Shown: positions 52,955 through 64,000 of the stretch, in pieces
Numbering within the stretch: position 1 is the stretch's first letter
Layout: the number at the start of each line of letters is the position of its first letter
Source: an uncultured SAR86 cluster bacterium
GTDB taxonomy: Bacteria > Pseudomonadota > Gammaproteobacteria > Magnimaribacterales > AG-339-G14
Direction of reading: 5' to 3'
DNA length: 64,000 nt
Assembly (NCBI GenBank): GCA_902529935.1
Contig: CABZYK010000004.1
Location: 66,674-130,673, forward strand
Program-made: the position numbers and the translations under genes
The notes under the pieces: generated by a model
What the model saw: the letters and a program-made list of their open reading frames with translations, nothing else
Databases searched by the model: none
Told to the model about the DNA's origin: nothing

Positions 52955-53741
52955 GAAGTACGCGCTTGGGTTAGAGTACATAGGTACAAATTTAAAAGGC
53001 TGGCAAAGACAAAAAAAGGGTCATACAACCGTACAAGATATCGTTGAAAAATCACTATCAAAATTTCTTGATCAGAAAATATCAACAATTTGCTCAGGAA
53101 GGACTGATTCCGGCGTCCACGCGCTGAATCAAACTGTACATTTTGAGACAAGCAAAAGTAGAACCAATGAATCTTTCCTCAAGGGGCTTAATTCCTTAAT
53201 GGGTCCTCAAGTTAAAGCAATTTGGATAAAAAAAGTTGATAAAGATTTCAGTGCGAGATTTTCAGCCATTAAAAGAAGGTATAGGTACGTCATTGAAGAA
53301 AGATCAACCGGTTCTGTTTTTTCGAGTAATTATTCTTTATCTGTTCAAAAGAAAATTAATGTTAGTAAGTTAAAAAAAGCTTCTAAATTTTTGATTGGAG
53401 AAAATAATTTTAGTTCTTTTCGTTCATCTTCATGTCAATCTCAAAGTCCTTTTAGAAATATTGAATCAATTAAAATTTCAAGGAAGGGAGAATTTATTTT
53501 TTTTGATATTACCGGGAATGCATTTTTACATAATATGATAAGAATTATTATGGGTACCCTAATTATGATATCCGATGATAATTTAAATCCAGATATCATG
53601 AAAAAAATCCTAGCTGCTAAAGACAGAAACTTAGCAGGTAAAACAATTACGTCCAAAGGTTTATTTTATTTTGGCCCCGAATATCCTAAAGAAATGAAGA
53701 TACCCTGTATTAATTTTGAACATAGTTCATTTATCTTTTGA
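52938..53741 (+). CDS. truA: tRNA pseudouridine(38-40) synthase
   Basis: 267 aa. Contains YIGTNLKGWQRQ and the catalytic-Asp region CSGRTDSGVHAL. Confidence 0.95.
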   Translation: MIKEVKKYALGLEYIGTNLKGWQRQKKGHTTVQDIVEKSLSKFLDQKISTICSGRTDSGVHALNQTVHFETSKSRTNESFLKGLNSLMGPQVKAIWIKKVDKDFSARFSAIKRRYRYVIEERSTGSVFSSNYSLSVQKKINVSKLKKASKFLIGENNFSSFRSSSCQSQSPFRNIESIKISRKGEFIFFDITGNAFLHNMIRIIMGTLIMISDDNLNPDIMKKILAAKDRNLAGKTITSKGLFYFGPEYPKEMKIPCINFEHSSFIF

Positions 53742-53745
53742 AAAC

Positions 53746-54372
53746 ATGAGTATCTATACAAAAATTTGCGGAATAAATGACACAGAATCTGGATTGCTTT
53801 GTTCAAATTTAGGAGCTGATGCACTTGGGTTTATTAGATATGAAAAATCACCCAGGTTTGTTGAATTGGATGTACCACTCAAAATTCAGGAAAATTTAGA
53901 TAAGGAACTAGATATAGTTTTTGTATTTGTTAATCCCAGTGAGAAAGAAGTTAAAACAGTTATTGAAAAATTTCCTAATTCAATAATTCAATTTCATGGA
54001 GAGGAGCCGGCTGGGTTTTGTGAATCATTTGGTAGAAAATACATTAAAGCATTTCATGCCTATAACTTAAGGTATTGGAAAAACTATATGGATTTGTACT
54101 CTAGTGCTCATGCTTTTTTAATTGATTCGGGTAATTCAGTTCAAAAGGGTGGAACAGGGATTGCTTTTGATTGGAAGCTTATTCCAAAAACAGAAAAAGA
54201 AAAAATAATCGTTGCAGGAGGCATTAATTCTAGTAACGTTTCTGATTTGTTAAGTAAAAAGCATAATATTTTTGGAATTGATGTAAATTCTGGACTAGAG
54301 TCGAAGGAAGCAATAAAAGATATAGAAAAAATTGAGACTTTTTTTAAGGTTTTGAAAAAAAATGGCAAATAA
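53746..54372 (+). CDS. trpF: N-(5-phosphoribosyl)anthranilate isomerase
   Basis: I start it at ATG 53746 ([10 protein letters not shown]...). The tracked TTG at 53716 overlaps truA. The GGTGIAFDW motif is present. Confidence 0.9.
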   Translation: MSIYTKICGINDTESGLLCSNLGADALGFIRYEKSPRFVELDVPLKIQENLDKELDIVFVFVNPSEKEVKTVIEKFPNSIIQFHGEEPAGFCESFGRKYIKAFHAYNLRYWKNYMDLYSSAHAFLIDSGNSVQKGGTGIAFDWKLIPKTEKEKIIVAGGINSSNVSDLLSKKHNIFGIDVNSGLESKEAIKDIEKIETFFKVLKKNGK

Positions 54373-55573
54373 AACTAATAATTACAATTATCCTGACAAA
54401 AATGGACGATTTGGTTCATTTGGAGGCAGGTACGTTTCAGAAACCTTAATTTCTGCATTAGAAGAACTAGAATCTTTATATAAAAAGATTAAAAACGATA
54501 AAAAATTTCAGGAAGAGTTAACCAATGATCTGCAAACCTTTGTAGGAAGACCTTCGCCTCTATATTTTGCAAAGAGATGGACTGATAAACTCAATGGAGC
54601 CAAAGTTTTCCTCAAGAGGGAAGATTTAAATCATACAGGGGCTCACAAAATTAATAATACTGTTGGCCAAGTTCTTTTAGCAAAGAAAATGGGCAAGAAA
54701 AGAATTATTGCAGAGACCGGAGCAGGACAACATGGCGTTGCAACTGCAGCTGTGTGCGCGCGTCATGGAATAGAATGCATAATTTTTATGGGATCTGAGG
54801 ATATCGAAAGACAGGCACAGAATGTCTATAGAATGAAATTAATGGGAGCAGAAGTATGTCCGGTTTCTTCAGGGACATCGACATTAAAAGATGCAATGAA
54901 TGAGGCCATGAGAGATTGGGTTTCCTATATAGACGATACTCATTACATCATTGGAAGTGTAGCCGGCCCTCATCCCTATCCTATGATTGTTAGGGATTTC
55001 AATTCGATCGTTGGTACAGAACTAAAAAAACAATCAAAAATCCTTTTTGGAAGGTATCCAGATAAAATAGTCGCTTGCGTTGGAGGAGGTTCTAATGCCA
55101 TGGGAATTTTTTATCCTTTTATTAAGGACAAAGAGGTAGATTTAATTGGAGTCGAGGCCGCAGGATCTGGGTTAAGTTCAGGTAAGCATGCTGCACCCTT
55201 AAGCGATGGATCTCCTGGAGTGCTGCATGGAATGAAAACTTATTTAATGCAAAACTCAGACGGTCAAATTTTGGGAACCCATTCAGTTTCAGCTGGGCTA
55301 GATTATCCTGGGGTAGGTCCTGAACATTCTTTCTTGAAAGATATGGGCAGAGTGCATTATGAAGCAGCTACAGATAAAGAGGCTCTTAAAGCTTTCCATG
55401 ATTTAAGTCGAGTTGAAGGAATAATGCCAGCGTTAGAGACTTCACATGCCTTAGCCTGGGTGTCTAAAAATGCTAAAAAGTTGAAAAAATCAGACATTGT
55501 GGTTGTCAATTTATCTGGCAGAGGAGACAAAGACATGCAATCAGTGGCGAAAGCTGATGGAATAAATTTCTGA
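54362..55573 (+). CDS. trpB: tryptophan synthase beta chain
   Basis: 403 aa. Contains [16 protein letters not shown] and GGGSNAMG. Confidence 0.95.
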   Translation: MANKTNNYNYPDKNGRFGSFGGRYVSETLISALEELESLYKKIKNDKKFQEELTNDLQTFVGRPSPLYFAKRWTDKLNGAKVFLKREDLNHTGAHKINNTVGQVLLAKKMGKKRIIAETGAGQHGVATAAVCARHGIECIIFMGSEDIERQAQNVYRMKLMGAEVCPVSSGTSTLKDAMNEAMRDWVSYIDDTHYIIGSVAGPHPYPMIVRDFNSIVGTELKKQSKILFGRYPDKIVACVGGGSNAMGIFYPFIKDKEVDLIGVEAAGSGLSSGKHAAPLSDGSPGVLHGMKTYLMQNSDGQILGTHSVSAGLDYPGVGPEHSFLKDMGRVHYEAATDKEALKAFHDLSRVEGIMPALETSHALAWVSKNAKKLKKSDIVVVNLSGRGDKDMQSVAKADGINF

Positions 55574-55579
55574 TCTAAA

Positions 55580-56380
55580 ATGGGAAGAATCAAAGACTCT
55601 TTTGAAAGGGCAGAAAATCAAGAGTCAAAGACATTAATAACATACTATGTAGCTGGCGATAATAATTTAAATTTTTCAAAAAAAGTTTTTCTCAGTTTAT
55701 TATCTCATGCAGACATCATAGAAATTGGAGTTCCTTTCTCGGATCCTATGGCTGAAGGATCTGTTATTCAGCGCTCTCATGAGAGAGCATTAAGCTCCGA
55801 TATTAGCTTTAAAAAAATATTATCTTTAGTTAAGGAGTTGAGAATCCATAATCAAGATAAGCCCATTGTACTCATGGGTTACATGAATAATTTTCTCTCT
55901 CAAGGAGAGAGTCTGTTCAAAAAAATAAAAAATGCTGGAGTTGATGGTTTGATCATTGTGGATCTACCCTACGAAGAAAGTGAATTTTTTTATAATAAAC
56001 TTAAAGATATTGATTTGGATTTAATCAGGTTAATTTCTCCCACAACACCCAAAAAAACAATCGAAAAAATAGTGAAATTTTCTAGTGGTTTTCTCTATTA
56101 TGTCTCTTTTAGGGGAGTAACAGGCGCTAAACTTTCAAATTTCAAAGAAGTGCAAGATAACGTTAAATACATCAAATCAAAAACAAAACTTCCTGTTGTG
56201 GTAGGATTCGGAATAAAAGAAGGGGAGATTGCTCAAAAAATGTCAAAAATATCTGATGGTGTAGTTATTGGAAGTAGATTAATTGATATTGTTCAGCAAA
56301 ATAATTTTAGATTGAATGACTCACTGAAGTTTTTAGAAAAATCTCTAAAAAAATTTAGAAGGGATATTAGAAAAAAATGA
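55580..56380 (+). CDS. trpA: tryptophan synthase alpha chain
   Basis: 266 aa. Contains IEIGVPFSDPMAEGSVIQ and VGFGI. Confidence 0.9.
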   Translation: MGRIKDSFERAENQESKTLITYYVAGDNNLNFSKKVFLSLLSHADIIEIGVPFSDPMAEGSVIQRSHERALSSDISFKKILSLVKELRIHNQDKPIVLMGYMNNFLSQGESLFKKIKNAGVDGLIIVDLPYEESEFFYNKLKDIDLDLIRLISPTTPKKTIEKIVKFSSGFLYYVSFRGVTGAKLSNFKEVQDNVKYIKSKTKLPVVVGFGIKEGEIAQKMSKISDGVVIGSRLIDIVQQNNFRLNDSLKFLEKSLKKFRRDIRKK

Positions 56381-57246
56381 AAAAATGGTTTGATAAAATT
56401 CTTCCTTCATTTATCAGACAAAATCCTGAAGAAAGACCTAGTCCAATTCCTCAAGGGCTCTGGCAGAGTTGTCCAAATTGTAATGAGATAATTTATGGGC
56501 CAGATTTAGAAGAAAATTTTTATGTTTGCTCGAACTGCGACCATCACATAAGAATTGGAGCAAGGCATAGATTGAGCTATTTCTTTGATAATAATGAGTA
56601 TCAAGAAATTTCAGAAGACATTGAAACTAAGGATTGGCTAGATTTCAAAGATACTAAAAAGTACAAAGACCGAATTTCTGAATCTAAAAATAAAATTAAC
56701 GAAAAGGAAGCCATTATATCCGCTTACGGTAAAGTCAAAGACAGAGAAATGGTCGCCGCAGCATTTGAATTCAGATTCATGGGCGGATCAATGGGTTCAG
56801 TGGTAGGTCAAAAATTTACTGATGCAGTTTATTGCGCAGTCGAAAAGAAGCTACCTTTTATTTGCTTCTCAACAAGTGGAGGAGCAAGAATGCAAGAATC
56901 TCTTGTTTCTCTCTTTCAAATGGCAAAAACAGCTGCAGCTCTTAATGATCTAAAGCAAGCTAAGCTGCCTTTCATATCAGTACTTACCGACCCAATTTAT
57001 GGAGGCGTCGCAGCGAGTCTTGCCATGTTGGGAGATGTAAATATAGCTGAACCGAAAGCTCAGGTTGGGTTTACAGGACCAAGAGTCATTGAGCAAACTG
57101 TGCGGGTTAAATTACCTGAAGGTTTTCAAAAAAGTGAATTTCTTTTAAAGCATGGAATGATCGATATGATTGTGTCTAGATCCGAATTAAAAGAAAAAAT
57201 TTATAATTTAGTATCAAAATTATCTCCAAAGATTGACGAAGCTTGA
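56377..57246 (+). CDS. accD: acetyl-CoA carboxylase carboxyltransferase subunit beta
   Basis: 289 aa. N-terminal zinc ribbon CPNC...CSNCDHH, then MGGSMGSVVG. Confidence 0.95.
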   Translation: MKKWFDKILPSFIRQNPEERPSPIPQGLWQSCPNCNEIIYGPDLEENFYVCSNCDHHIRIGARHRLSYFFDNNEYQEISEDIETKDWLDFKDTKKYKDRISESKNKINEKEAIISAYGKVKDREMVAAAFEFRFMGGSMGSVVGQKFTDAVYCAVEKKLPFICFSTSGGARMQESLVSLFQMAKTAAALNDLKQAKLPFISVLTDPIYGGVAASLAMLGDVNIAEPKAQVGFTGPRVIEQTVRVKLPEGFQKSEFLLKHGMIDMIVSRSELKEKIYNLVSKLSPKIDEA

Positions 57247-58450
57247 AGCTTGGATAAGCAAATTCCTCTTTTCTGAAGATAACTCTGAAAAGGGCCTTAG
57301 AAATCCTCAGAAGGTTTATGATCTTCTCAACATTCAACCCAGAGGAAAGATTATTCTTATATCTGGCACCAATGGAAAAGGAACCACAGGTGAAATATTA
57401 ACTCAATTTGGTTTACAGAAAGGTTTTAAAGTCGGTACTTTTTCCTCGCCTCACTTAATTCGAATTAACGAAAGAATAAAAATAAATGGTGAGCCAATAT
57501 CGGACAACTTATTTTTGAAATCCTTGGAAAGTGTAAAAGCAGCCAAAAGAGATATCCCACTTAATTTTTTCCAGTACCTAGCTTTAGCTATGATGAAAAT
57601 TTTTAATGATGAGAATATTGATCTCTGGATTGTAGAAATTGGCATTGGAGGAAGATTAGATCCCACAAATATTTTAAATGCAGATCTATCTATCATTACA
57701 AACGTTCAACTTGATCATGAAGAAATTTTAGGGAAAGGAATAGAAAATATTGCAAAAGAAAAAGCTGGAATCATTAAAGAAAATAAAAAATTTATTTTTG
57801 GCAGTTCCCATGTACCGAATTCTTTAAAAAAAGAAATCAAAATTAAAAATGCTAACTCATCTTTTTTAAAAAAAGATTTCGAAGTAAAGATAAACAAAGA
57901 AAGCATTTTATATCTTGATGAGAAGAATCAATTCAAATTTGAAGACAAACAAAATATAGATTCATCATCTATAGCTATCGCTATAAGATCATTCTTAAGT
58001 TTAGGATTCAAGATTTCAGAAAACCAAATTCAAAAAGCTTTGGATTCTTTTTCTATTAAAGGGAGATGTGAAGTTATCTCAGAAGATCCTTATATCTTGC
58101 TAGATGTTTGCCACAACTTGTCTGCATTAGAGAAATTAAAAAAAGAACTCCTAAAAAAAATTGAAGGTAAAAAAACTGCTGCAATTTTCGCATCTTCAAA
58201 GAATAGTTATGATCTTATTTCTCCTCTTAAAGAAATAATTGACTGTTGGCATTTTCCTAGATGTAAAGAAAGAAGATTAATGAATCCAGAGCAATTCTTA
58301 GCTTCAGTAAATAATGAAAGTATCGGTTCTCACGGCGAAAGTCTAGAAGTTACTTATAAGAAAATAAAAAATAAAAATGAATTCGATGCGATAATTATTT
58401 ATGGATCATTCTATTTAGTCGGAGAGTTTCTAGAATCAAATTTAGTATGA
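57233..58450 (+). CDS. folC: bifunctional folylpolyglutamate synthase / dihydrofolate synthase
   Basis: 405 aa, TTG start. Has the P-loop ISGTNGKGTT and lies in the accD-folC-cvpA-purF synteny. Confidence 0.85.
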   Translation: MTKLEAWISKFLFSEDNSEKGLRNPQKVYDLLNIQPRGKIILISGTNGKGTTGEILTQFGLQKGFKVGTFSSPHLIRINERIKINGEPISDNLFLKSLESVKAAKRDIPLNFFQYLALAMMKIFNDENIDLWIVEIGIGGRLDPTNILNADLSIITNVQLDHEEILGKGIENIAKEKAGIIKENKKFIFGSSHVPNSLKKEIKIKNANSSFLKKDFEVKINKESILYLDEKNQFKFEDKQNIDSSSIAIAIRSFLSLGFKISENQIQKALDSFSIKGRCEVISEDPYILLDVCHNLSALEKLKKELLKKIEGKKTAAIFASSKNSYDLISPLKEIIDCWHFPRCKERRLMNPEQFLASVNNESIGSHGESLEVTYKKIKNKNEFDAIIIYGSFYLVGEFLESNLV

Positions 58451-58463
58451 TGTAGAATCAATC

Positions 58464-59018
58464 ATGGATATTCTTGAAGGAAATATTTCTTTAAATTGGA
58501 TTGATTTCTTATTAGCAGGAATATTTATTTTTTCTCTTGTTGTAGGAACTTTTAAAGGTTTAATAAAAGAAATATTTTCTGTAGTTGAGTGGGTAGGTTC
58601 AATTTTTCTTGCATATTTCTTTAGACTAAATTTATCTTCGGTATTGCCTTTAAATAACCTTAATGAATTCACTAAAGAAATTTTAAGTTCAATCATTATT
58701 TTTATTTGTGCTTTTATTATATTCAGACTTATTGGAAATATTATTTCAAAAGGAATGAAGCTTATCGGTCTTTCTTTTTTTGATAGGTTTTTAGGATCAG
58801 CTTTCGGAGCATTGAGAGCCTTAGTTGTTTTAGTATTTATTTTTTTGATTTCAAAGGAAGAGTTAGCAAATAAAGAATGGTGGGAGGAAAGTTATTTTTC
58901 TTACCATATCATCGAAATTTCAAAATTAATTGAAGAATATGATGTTCCTGAAAAAATTAAAGGGGTAAAATTTCCACTTCAAGAAAATCTAGATTCTATA
59001 AACAAAAAGATTCAATAA
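58464..59018 (+). CDS. cvpA: CvpA-family membrane protein
   Basis: 184 aa and polytopic. Starts NWIDFLLAGIFIFSLVVGTFKGLIKE. Its position between folC and purF fits. Confidence 0.85.
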   Translation: MDILEGNISLNWIDFLLAGIFIFSLVVGTFKGLIKEIFSVVEWVGSIFLAYFFRLNLSSVLPLNNLNEFTKEILSSIIIFICAFIIFRLIGNIISKGMKLIGLSFFDRFLGSAFGALRALVVLVFIFLISKEELANKEWWEESYFSYHIIEISKLIEEYDVPEKIKGVKFPLQENLDSINKKIQ

Positions 59019-59020
59019 AA

Positions 59021-60487
59021 ATGTGCGGTGTAGTAGGGATTGTCTCAAAAAATGAGGTTGCTTCAGATCTTTATGAGGCTCTCACAGTAATTCAGCATCG
59101 AGGGCAAGATGCAGCTGGTATAGCTACTTCAGAGGAAAAAAGATTAAATTCAAGAAAACAACTTGGCCTAGTTAGAGAGGTTTTTAGAGAGCATCATATT
59201 CAGTCACTCACTGGGAAAATTGGTATTGCACATGTTAGATACCCCACTGCCGGTGGGGCTTCAAGGGAGTTAGCTCAACCTATGTATGTAAATTCACCAT
59301 ACGGTATAAGTATTGTTCATAATGGCAATTTAGTGAATACAGATTCTCTATGCGAAGAACTTGCTGAGACAGATAGAAGGCACTTAAATACAAATTCAGA
59401 TTCAGAAGTAATCCTTAATATTTTTGCTCATGAGCTGCAACAGATTGGAGGTGTTCAACCTTCTAAAGAAGAAATTTTCGAGGCTGTTACAAGGATGCAA
59501 TCAAGATTATCTGGAGCATACTCAATAATAATTATGATCAACAATGTGGGATTAGTAGCAGTTAGAGATCCCCACGGAATAAGACCTTTAATCATAGGTA
59601 AGAGGGATGAGGATCTTATGGGGGCAGAATATATGATTGCCTCCGAAAGCGCAGCAATTGACGCACTTGATTTTAAAATCATTGATGACATTGCGGCTGG
59701 TGAAACAATTTTTATTTCAAAAGAAGGAAAAATGAGCAGATCCAAAAGTCAAAAGGCAGCAAAGCATAGCCCGTGTATTTTTGAATACGTTTATTTAGCT
59801 AGACCTGATTCAGTTATTGATAAAGTATCTGTTCATAAAGCTAGACAAAGAATGGGCACCTACCTTGGCGAAAAAATACTTGGTCTGTATCCTGAACACG
59901 AAATAGATGTAGTTATACCCATCCCTGAAAGCAGCACAACTTCAGCAAACGAAGTAGCAAAGAAACTTGATTTACCTTACAGAGAGGGTTTTGTTAAGAA
60001 TAGATATATCGGAAGGACCTTTATCATGCCCAAACAAGAGATGCGAAGAAAATCTGTTAAGAGAAAACTTAATCCAATTACTATGGAATTTGAAGGCAAA
60101 AATGTTCTTCTTGTAGATGATTCAATTGTTAGAGGAACTACAAGTAAGCAAATAGTAGAAATGGCTAGAGAAGCTGGAGCAAAAAAAGTTTTTTTTGCAT
60201 CCGCAGCACCTCCAATTAGATTTCAAAATGTTTATGGAATTGATATGGCTGCAACTACCGAGTTGATTGCTCATCAAAAAGATGAAGATCAAATTGCAGA
60301 ATATATAGGAGCCGATTGGCTGGTTTATCAAAATTTAGAGGATCTTATTAGAAGCGCTAAAGAAGGAAATAAAGAGATAGAAAATTTTGAAACCTCTATC
60401 TTTGATGGTGAATATTTAGATGATCAAGTTTCTTCTGATTACTTGAAAAATCTTGAGGTCTTGAGATCTGATTCAAATAAAATCTAA
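59021..60487 (+). CDS. purF: amidophosphoribosyltransferase
   Basis: 488 aa. Ntn-Cys start MCGVVGI, plus the PRPP loop [13 protein letters not shown]. Confidence 0.95.
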   Translation: MCGVVGIVSKNEVASDLYEALTVIQHRGQDAAGIATSEEKRLNSRKQLGLVREVFREHHIQSLTGKIGIAHVRYPTAGGASRELAQPMYVNSPYGISIVHNGNLVNTDSLCEELAETDRRHLNTNSDSEVILNIFAHELQQIGGVQPSKEEIFEAVTRMQSRLSGAYSIIIMINNVGLVAVRDPHGIRPLIIGKRDEDLMGAEYMIASESAAIDALDFKIIDDIAAGETIFISKEGKMSRSKSQKAAKHSPCIFEYVYLARPDSVIDKVSVHKARQRMGTYLGEKILGLYPEHEIDVVIPIPESSTTSANEVAKKLDLPYREGFVKNRYIGRTFIMPKQEMRRKSVKRKLNPITMEFEGKNVLLVDDSIVRGTTSKQIVEMAREAGAKKVFFASAAPPIRFQNVYGIDMAATTELIAHQKDEDQIAEYIGADWLVYQNLEDLIRSAKEGNKEIENFETSIFDGEYLDDQVSSDYLKNLEVLRSDSNKI

Positions 60488-63063
60488 TTAGATTCAATAG
60501 TCACAGCTGGAAGTTTTGCATTATCAGCTGCATCTTTATAGCTCTTGATTTCGTTAAAATTCATGTATCGAAAAATGTCAGCTGACATAGTATTTATTTC
60601 AGACATAAAACTCTGATATTCATCATTGGTGGGAAGTTTTCCAAGAATAGATGAAATCGCTGCAAGTTCCGCCGAAGCGAGATATACATCAGCGCCATCA
60701 CCCAGTCTGTTTGGAAAGTTCCTTGTTGAGGTTGATACGACGGTTGCATTAGGTTCAACTCTTGCTTGATTACCCATACATAAAGAACATCCAGGAACTT
60801 CAGTTCTTACCCCAGCTTTTTTGAAAATATCATAGAAGCCTTCCTGTTCAAGTTGAAACTTATCCATTCTGGTGGGAGGAGAAATCCATAATCTTGTTGG
60901 AAGCGAAGAGGTATCCTTTAAAAGTTTTCCAGCAGCTCTGAAATGGCCAATATTTGTCATACAAGAACCGATGAATACCTCATCAATTTTATCTTCTCCA
61001 ATTTCAGAAAGTGTTTTTATATCGTCTGGATCATTTGGACAAGCTAAAAGAGGTTCTTTTATTTCATTTAGATCAATTTCAATTGTGGCTGCATACTTGG
61101 CATTATTATCCGGTTTAAGTAAGACAGGATTTTGAATCCATTGTTCCATTTTTTGAGCTCTTCTTTCCAAGGTCCTTGCATCTCCATATCCCTCAGAGAT
61201 CAGCCACCTCAAAAGAACTATATTTGATTTTAGATATTCTAAAATTGGTTCTTCATCTAAAAGAACAGTACATCCAGATGCAGATCTTTCTGCAGAAGCA
61301 TCGGACAACTCAAAAGCTTGTTCAATTTTTAAATTTGGTAATCCTTCAATTTCAAGACATCTACCAGAGAAAATATTTTTCTTTCCTTCTTTCTCAACAG
61401 TGAGAAGACCTTTTTGAATAGCTGCATAAGGAATAGCGTTTACAAGGTCTCTAAGAGTTATTCCAGGTTGCATTTCTCCAGAAAACCTTACCAAGACAGA
61501 TTCAGGCATATCTAAAGGAATCACGCCTAAAGCTGCTCCAAATGCTACAAGTCCAGATCCAGCTGGAAAACTAATTCCTATCGGGAATCTAGTATGGGAA
61601 TCTCCCCCGGTTCCAACAGTATCTGGAAGTAACATTCTATTTAACCAAGAATGAATGATCCCGTCTCCGGGTTGCAAAGCAACTCCACCACGCGTTTTGA
61701 TAAATTCTGGCAAAGTGTGCTGTGTTTCTATATCAACAGGCTTAGGATATGCAGCGGTATGACAAAAAGACTGCATAACTAAATCAGATGTGAAACCCAA
61801 ACAAGCTAGTTCCTTAAGTTCATCTCTAGTCATTGGTCCAGTGGTATCTTGAGAACCAACTGTAGTCATAATTGGTTCACAATAGGTGCCAGGTCTGATG
61901 CCTTCAACACCACAAGCTTTACCAACAATTTTTTGAGCAAGAGTATAGCCGTCGTTTGATTCATCTGCTTTCCCCGGTCTCACAAATACATCTGTTGCTG
62001 GCAAGTTTAAAAAGTCCCTGGCTTTATCAGTCAAGCTTCTACCAATTATCAGCGGTATTCTTCCGCCAGCTCTTACCTCATCTAGAAAAGTTTCTGACTT
62101 AAGTTCAAAAGACGATATGTTTTCAGAGCTCTCATTTTCAATTTTTCCTTCGTAGGGAAATATTGTTATCACATCACCAGATTCCATTTTTTCAACATCT
62201 GCTTCGAAAACAAGAGTGCCGGCATCTTCCATTGTATTAAAGAAAATAGGAGCTATTTTGGTTCCTATGCATATGCCTCCTGTTCTTTTATTTGGGATGA
62301 AAGGAATATCATCTCCCATATGCCATAAGACTGAATTTGTAGCCGATTTTCTAGAAGATCCAGTACCAACGACATCACCTACCAGACATACAGGATGACC
62401 TTTTTCTTTTAATTTTTTTATTTCTCCAAGAGGATCATTAGACAAACCTTGTCTTGGCATTTTGTACATCGCCAGAGCATGCAATGGAATATCTGGTCTT
62501 GACCAAGCATCCGGTGCAGGAGAAAGATCGTCAGTGTTTGTTTCGCCAGGAACTTTAAAAACAGTCGTAGTTATTGATTGGGGAACTTCGGGTTTGGATG
62601 TAAACCATTCTGCTTCTGCCCAAGATTTTAAAACTTTTGCTGCATTCGAAGAATCTTTTGATTTTTCTGCTACGTCATTGAATGCATCGAAAACCAATAA
62701 AGTCTGTGAAAGTGCTTTAACAGCCTCATTTCCACATTCGTCATCATCGAGAAGATTAATAAGAGGTTCAACATTGTAACCACCGAGCATAGTTCCTAGG
62801 TAAAAAGTAGCTTTTGTGGGATCAATCAAATCACATGTGATCTTTTTTGTGGCGATATCATTAAGAAATGCTGCTTTTACATAGGCAGCATCGTCTACTC
62901 CAGCAGGAACTCTATTGATTAATAGATCTAGTAATAATTCTCCGTCATCAGAGTTCTCTTTGATTAGCTCAACAAGATCAGCAGTTTGTTCAGCATCGAG
63001 TGGTTCTGGCGGAATTCCAAGTTCGGCTCTTTCTTTTTCAATCTTTTTATATGCTTCTAACAT
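60484..63063 (-). CDS. acnB: aconitate hydratase B / 2-methylisocitrate dehydratase
   Basis: 859 aa. Has an AcnB-specific N-terminal HEAT-like domain followed by swivel and catalytic domains ([20 protein letters not shown]). Confidence 0.95.
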   Translation of the reverse strand: MLEAYKKIEKERAELGIPPEPLDAEQTADLVELIKENSDDGELLLDLLINRVPAGVDDAAYVKAAFLNDIATKKITCDLIDPTKATFYLGTMLGGYNVEPLINLLDDDECGNEAVKALSQTLLVFDAFNDVAEKSKDSSNAAKVLKSWAEAEWFTSKPEVPQSITTTVFKVPGETNTDDLSPAPDAWSRPDIPLHALAMYKMPRQGLSNDPLGEIKKLKEKGHPVCLVGDVVGTGSSRKSATNSVLWHMGDDIPFIPNKRTGGICIGTKIAPIFFNTMEDAGTLVFEADVEKMESGDVITIFPYEGKIENESSENISSFELKSETFLDEVRAGGRIPLIIGRSLTDKARDFLNLPATDVFVRPGKADESNDGYTLAQKIVGKACGVEGIRPGTYCEPIMTTVGSQDTTGPMTRDELKELACLGFTSDLVMQSFCHTAAYPKPVDIETQHTLPEFIKTRGGVALQPGDGIIHSWLNRMLLPDTVGTGGDSHTRFPIGISFPAGSGLVAFGAALGVIPLDMPESVLVRFSGEMQPGITLRDLVNAIPYAAIQKGLLTVEKEGKKNIFSGRCLEIEGLPNLKIEQAFELSDASAERSASGCTVLLDEEPILEYLKSNIVLLRWLISEGYGDARTLERRAQKMEQWIQNPVLLKPDNNAKYAATIEIDLNEIKEPLLACPNDPDDIKTLSEIGEDKIDEVFIGSCMTNIGHFRAAGKLLKDTSSLPTRLWISPPTRMDKFQLEQEGFYDIFKKAGVRTEVPGCSLCMGNQARVEPNATVVSTSTRNFPNRLGDGADVYLASAELAAISSILGKLPTNDEYQSFMSEINTMSADIFRYMNFNEIKSYKDAADNAKLPAVTIESN

Positions 63064-63095
63064 AAACCCCTAAAAAAGTTGCTAGTATACCCTTT

Positions 63096-63551
63096 ATGCA
63101 GAAGAAGACTAGAACCCCATGCGTTGGAATATGTTCTACGACATATGGAGACGAAGTTTGTAGGGGGTGCAAAAGGTTTTACTTTGAGGTAATCAACTGG
63201 AATAAATATGACGAAGATGAAAAAGATGCAATTTGGATGAGATTGGAATCTTTAAAAACTCAAATTATTTATTCAAAAATAAAAAAAATAAACTCAAAAA
63301 AATTATCTACAAAAATCGCCGAATTAGATTTAAAAATAAAAACAGATCTTAATGAGTACTGCCAAATTTTCGATTTAATTAAACTTGTAAGTGAAAGTTT
63401 TGAAGATCTGAGTGATTTTGGAATAACTTTTCATGATGAAAGCATGAGCCTAGAAATACTTAAAAGAGATTTAGAAGAAGAACTTTTAGCTTTATCTGAT
63501 GCTCATTATTCAAAGTATTTTAAAGATCCTCTCGAGCAGAAAAAAGCTTAA
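63096..63551 (+). CDS. DUF1289-type Cys-rich (putative Fe-S/zinc) protein with a C-terminal helical extension
   Basis: 151 aa. The N-terminal TPCVGICSTTYGDEVCRGCKRF matches the DUF1289 (YdhL-like) motif. Confidence 0.65.
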   Translation: MQKKTRTPCVGICSTTYGDEVCRGCKRFYFEVINWNKYDEDEKDAIWMRLESLKTQIIYSKIKKINSKKLSTKIAELDLKIKTDLNEYCQIFDLIKLVSESFEDLSDFGITFHDESMSLEILKRDLEEELLALSDAHYSKYFKDPLEQKKA

Positions 63552-64000
63552 AAAGTTTCTAAAGAAATCTCTCCATCAATTACCGTTGCATAGTTAACCT
63601 CATTTTCCCAATCACTTAAGACCACTCTTACAAGGTTTTCATCTTTATGAATGAAGGGTCTATGAGTATGTCCATGAATCATTTTGTTTATGCTAAATTC
63701 ACTACTAATTTTTAAGACAGATTCACGATTAACATCCATAATTTCATTTTTTTTATTACCAGTTTCTTCGTTACTCATTTCTCTTAAACCAGATGCAATA
63801 TCAAATCTTTCTTGTAAAGATTTAGATAAAAAGTCATCTCGCCAACTTTTATCCCTAACAAGTTTTCTAAATTCCTGATATCTAACGTCATCAGTGCAAA
63901 GGGTATCTCCATGAAGAAGGAGTATCTTAGAAGCTCCATCTTCATAAATATGATAATCAGAAAGAAGTTTCGCTTTTATAGATGAGCAAAAATTTTCTCC
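63548..64000 (-). CDS. lpxH: UDP-2,3-diacylglucosamine diphosphatase, partial (N-terminus beyond the window edge)
   Basis: The minus frame is open from 64000. My own translation gives ...ILLLHGDTLCTDDVRYQEFRKLVRDKSWRDDFLSKSLQERFDIASGLREMSNEE...MIHGHTHRP..., the calcineurin-like LpxH motifs. The track shows only the Met-initiated tail (63548..63778). Confidence 0.85.
   Translation of the reverse strand, partial: GENFCSSIKAKLLSDYHIYEDGASKILLLHGDTLCTDDVRYQEFRKLVRDKSWRDDFLSKSLQERFDIASGLREMSNEETGNKKNEIMDVNRESVLKISSEFSINKMIHGHTHRPFIHKDENLVRVVLSDWENEVNYATVIDGEISLETF

Noticed and set aside
1-64000. Search for CRISPR arrays, tRNA/rRNA genes, IS elements, integrases, prophage genes, toxin-antitoxin pairs and known defence genes
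   Set aside because: None was found. Every gap between credible CDS is under about 120 nt. No direct-repeat/spacer periodicity, no transposase or recombinase motifs, and no nuclease, ATPase or reverse-transcriptase cassettes appear in the translations.

Overview
AT-rich (about one third G+C by eye, not computed), very gene-dense chromosomal segment with about 60 CDS. The largest non-coding gap is about 115 nt. I found no rRNA, tRNA, CRISPR array, transposase, integrase, prophage or recognisable defence genes. Gene order is typical of a gammaproteobacterium: leuC-leuD-leuB-asd-truA-trpF-trpB-trpA-accD-folC-cvpA-purF, cysB-thrH, and topA convergent with lexA. Together with the composition and compaction, this suggests a streamlined marine lineage. 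SAR86-like is only a guess.

Layout:
- 1-6 kb: small catabolic genes (crotonase, GST, family III CoA-transferase, NTF2-like protein, FAD monooxygenase, SDR) plus apt.
- 6-13 kb: an ICMT-like methyltransferase, a copper amine oxidase and a 1391-aa modular autotransporter adhesin, joined by overlapping stop/start codons.
- 13-23 kb: a CoA-thioester catabolic island of unknown substrate. It holds an SDR, a crotonase, a VOC protein, an amidase, an orphan carboxyltransferase, a cupin, a CoA-transferase, a CIA30-like protein, an unknown 365-aa protein, an APH-type kinase and an SRPBCC protein.
- 23-30 kb: a minus-strand housekeeping string (xthA, prc, yihG-like, mazG) behind a pair of acyl-CoA dehydrogenases.
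- 30-37.5 kb: yhhQ, nadK and a rearranged YjbEFGH/Gfc-type polysaccharide secretion module.
- 37.5-64 kb: core genes (pyrD, topA, lexA, cysB, thrH, prpBCD, aroC, leu, asd, truA, trp, accD, folC, cvpA, purF, acnB, lpxH).

No clear-cut new system such as a defence island is visible. The best candidates for undescribed biology are:
- the glycosyltransferase-less Yjb/Gfc-like module with a giant multi-SLBB export protein and an inverted Thr/Ser-rich YjbE-like gene;
- an Asd protein carrying a FimV C-terminal motif exactly where fimV sits in relatives;
- the amine oxidase / giant DUF285-cadherin autotransporter unit;
- the orphan carboxyltransferase-amidase-VOC operon;
- an APH-kinase cassette reminiscent of LvaAB;
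- an ACAD pair in which one member lacks the canonical catalytic Glu.

All functional calls rest on motif recognition in the supplied translations. No database search was run.
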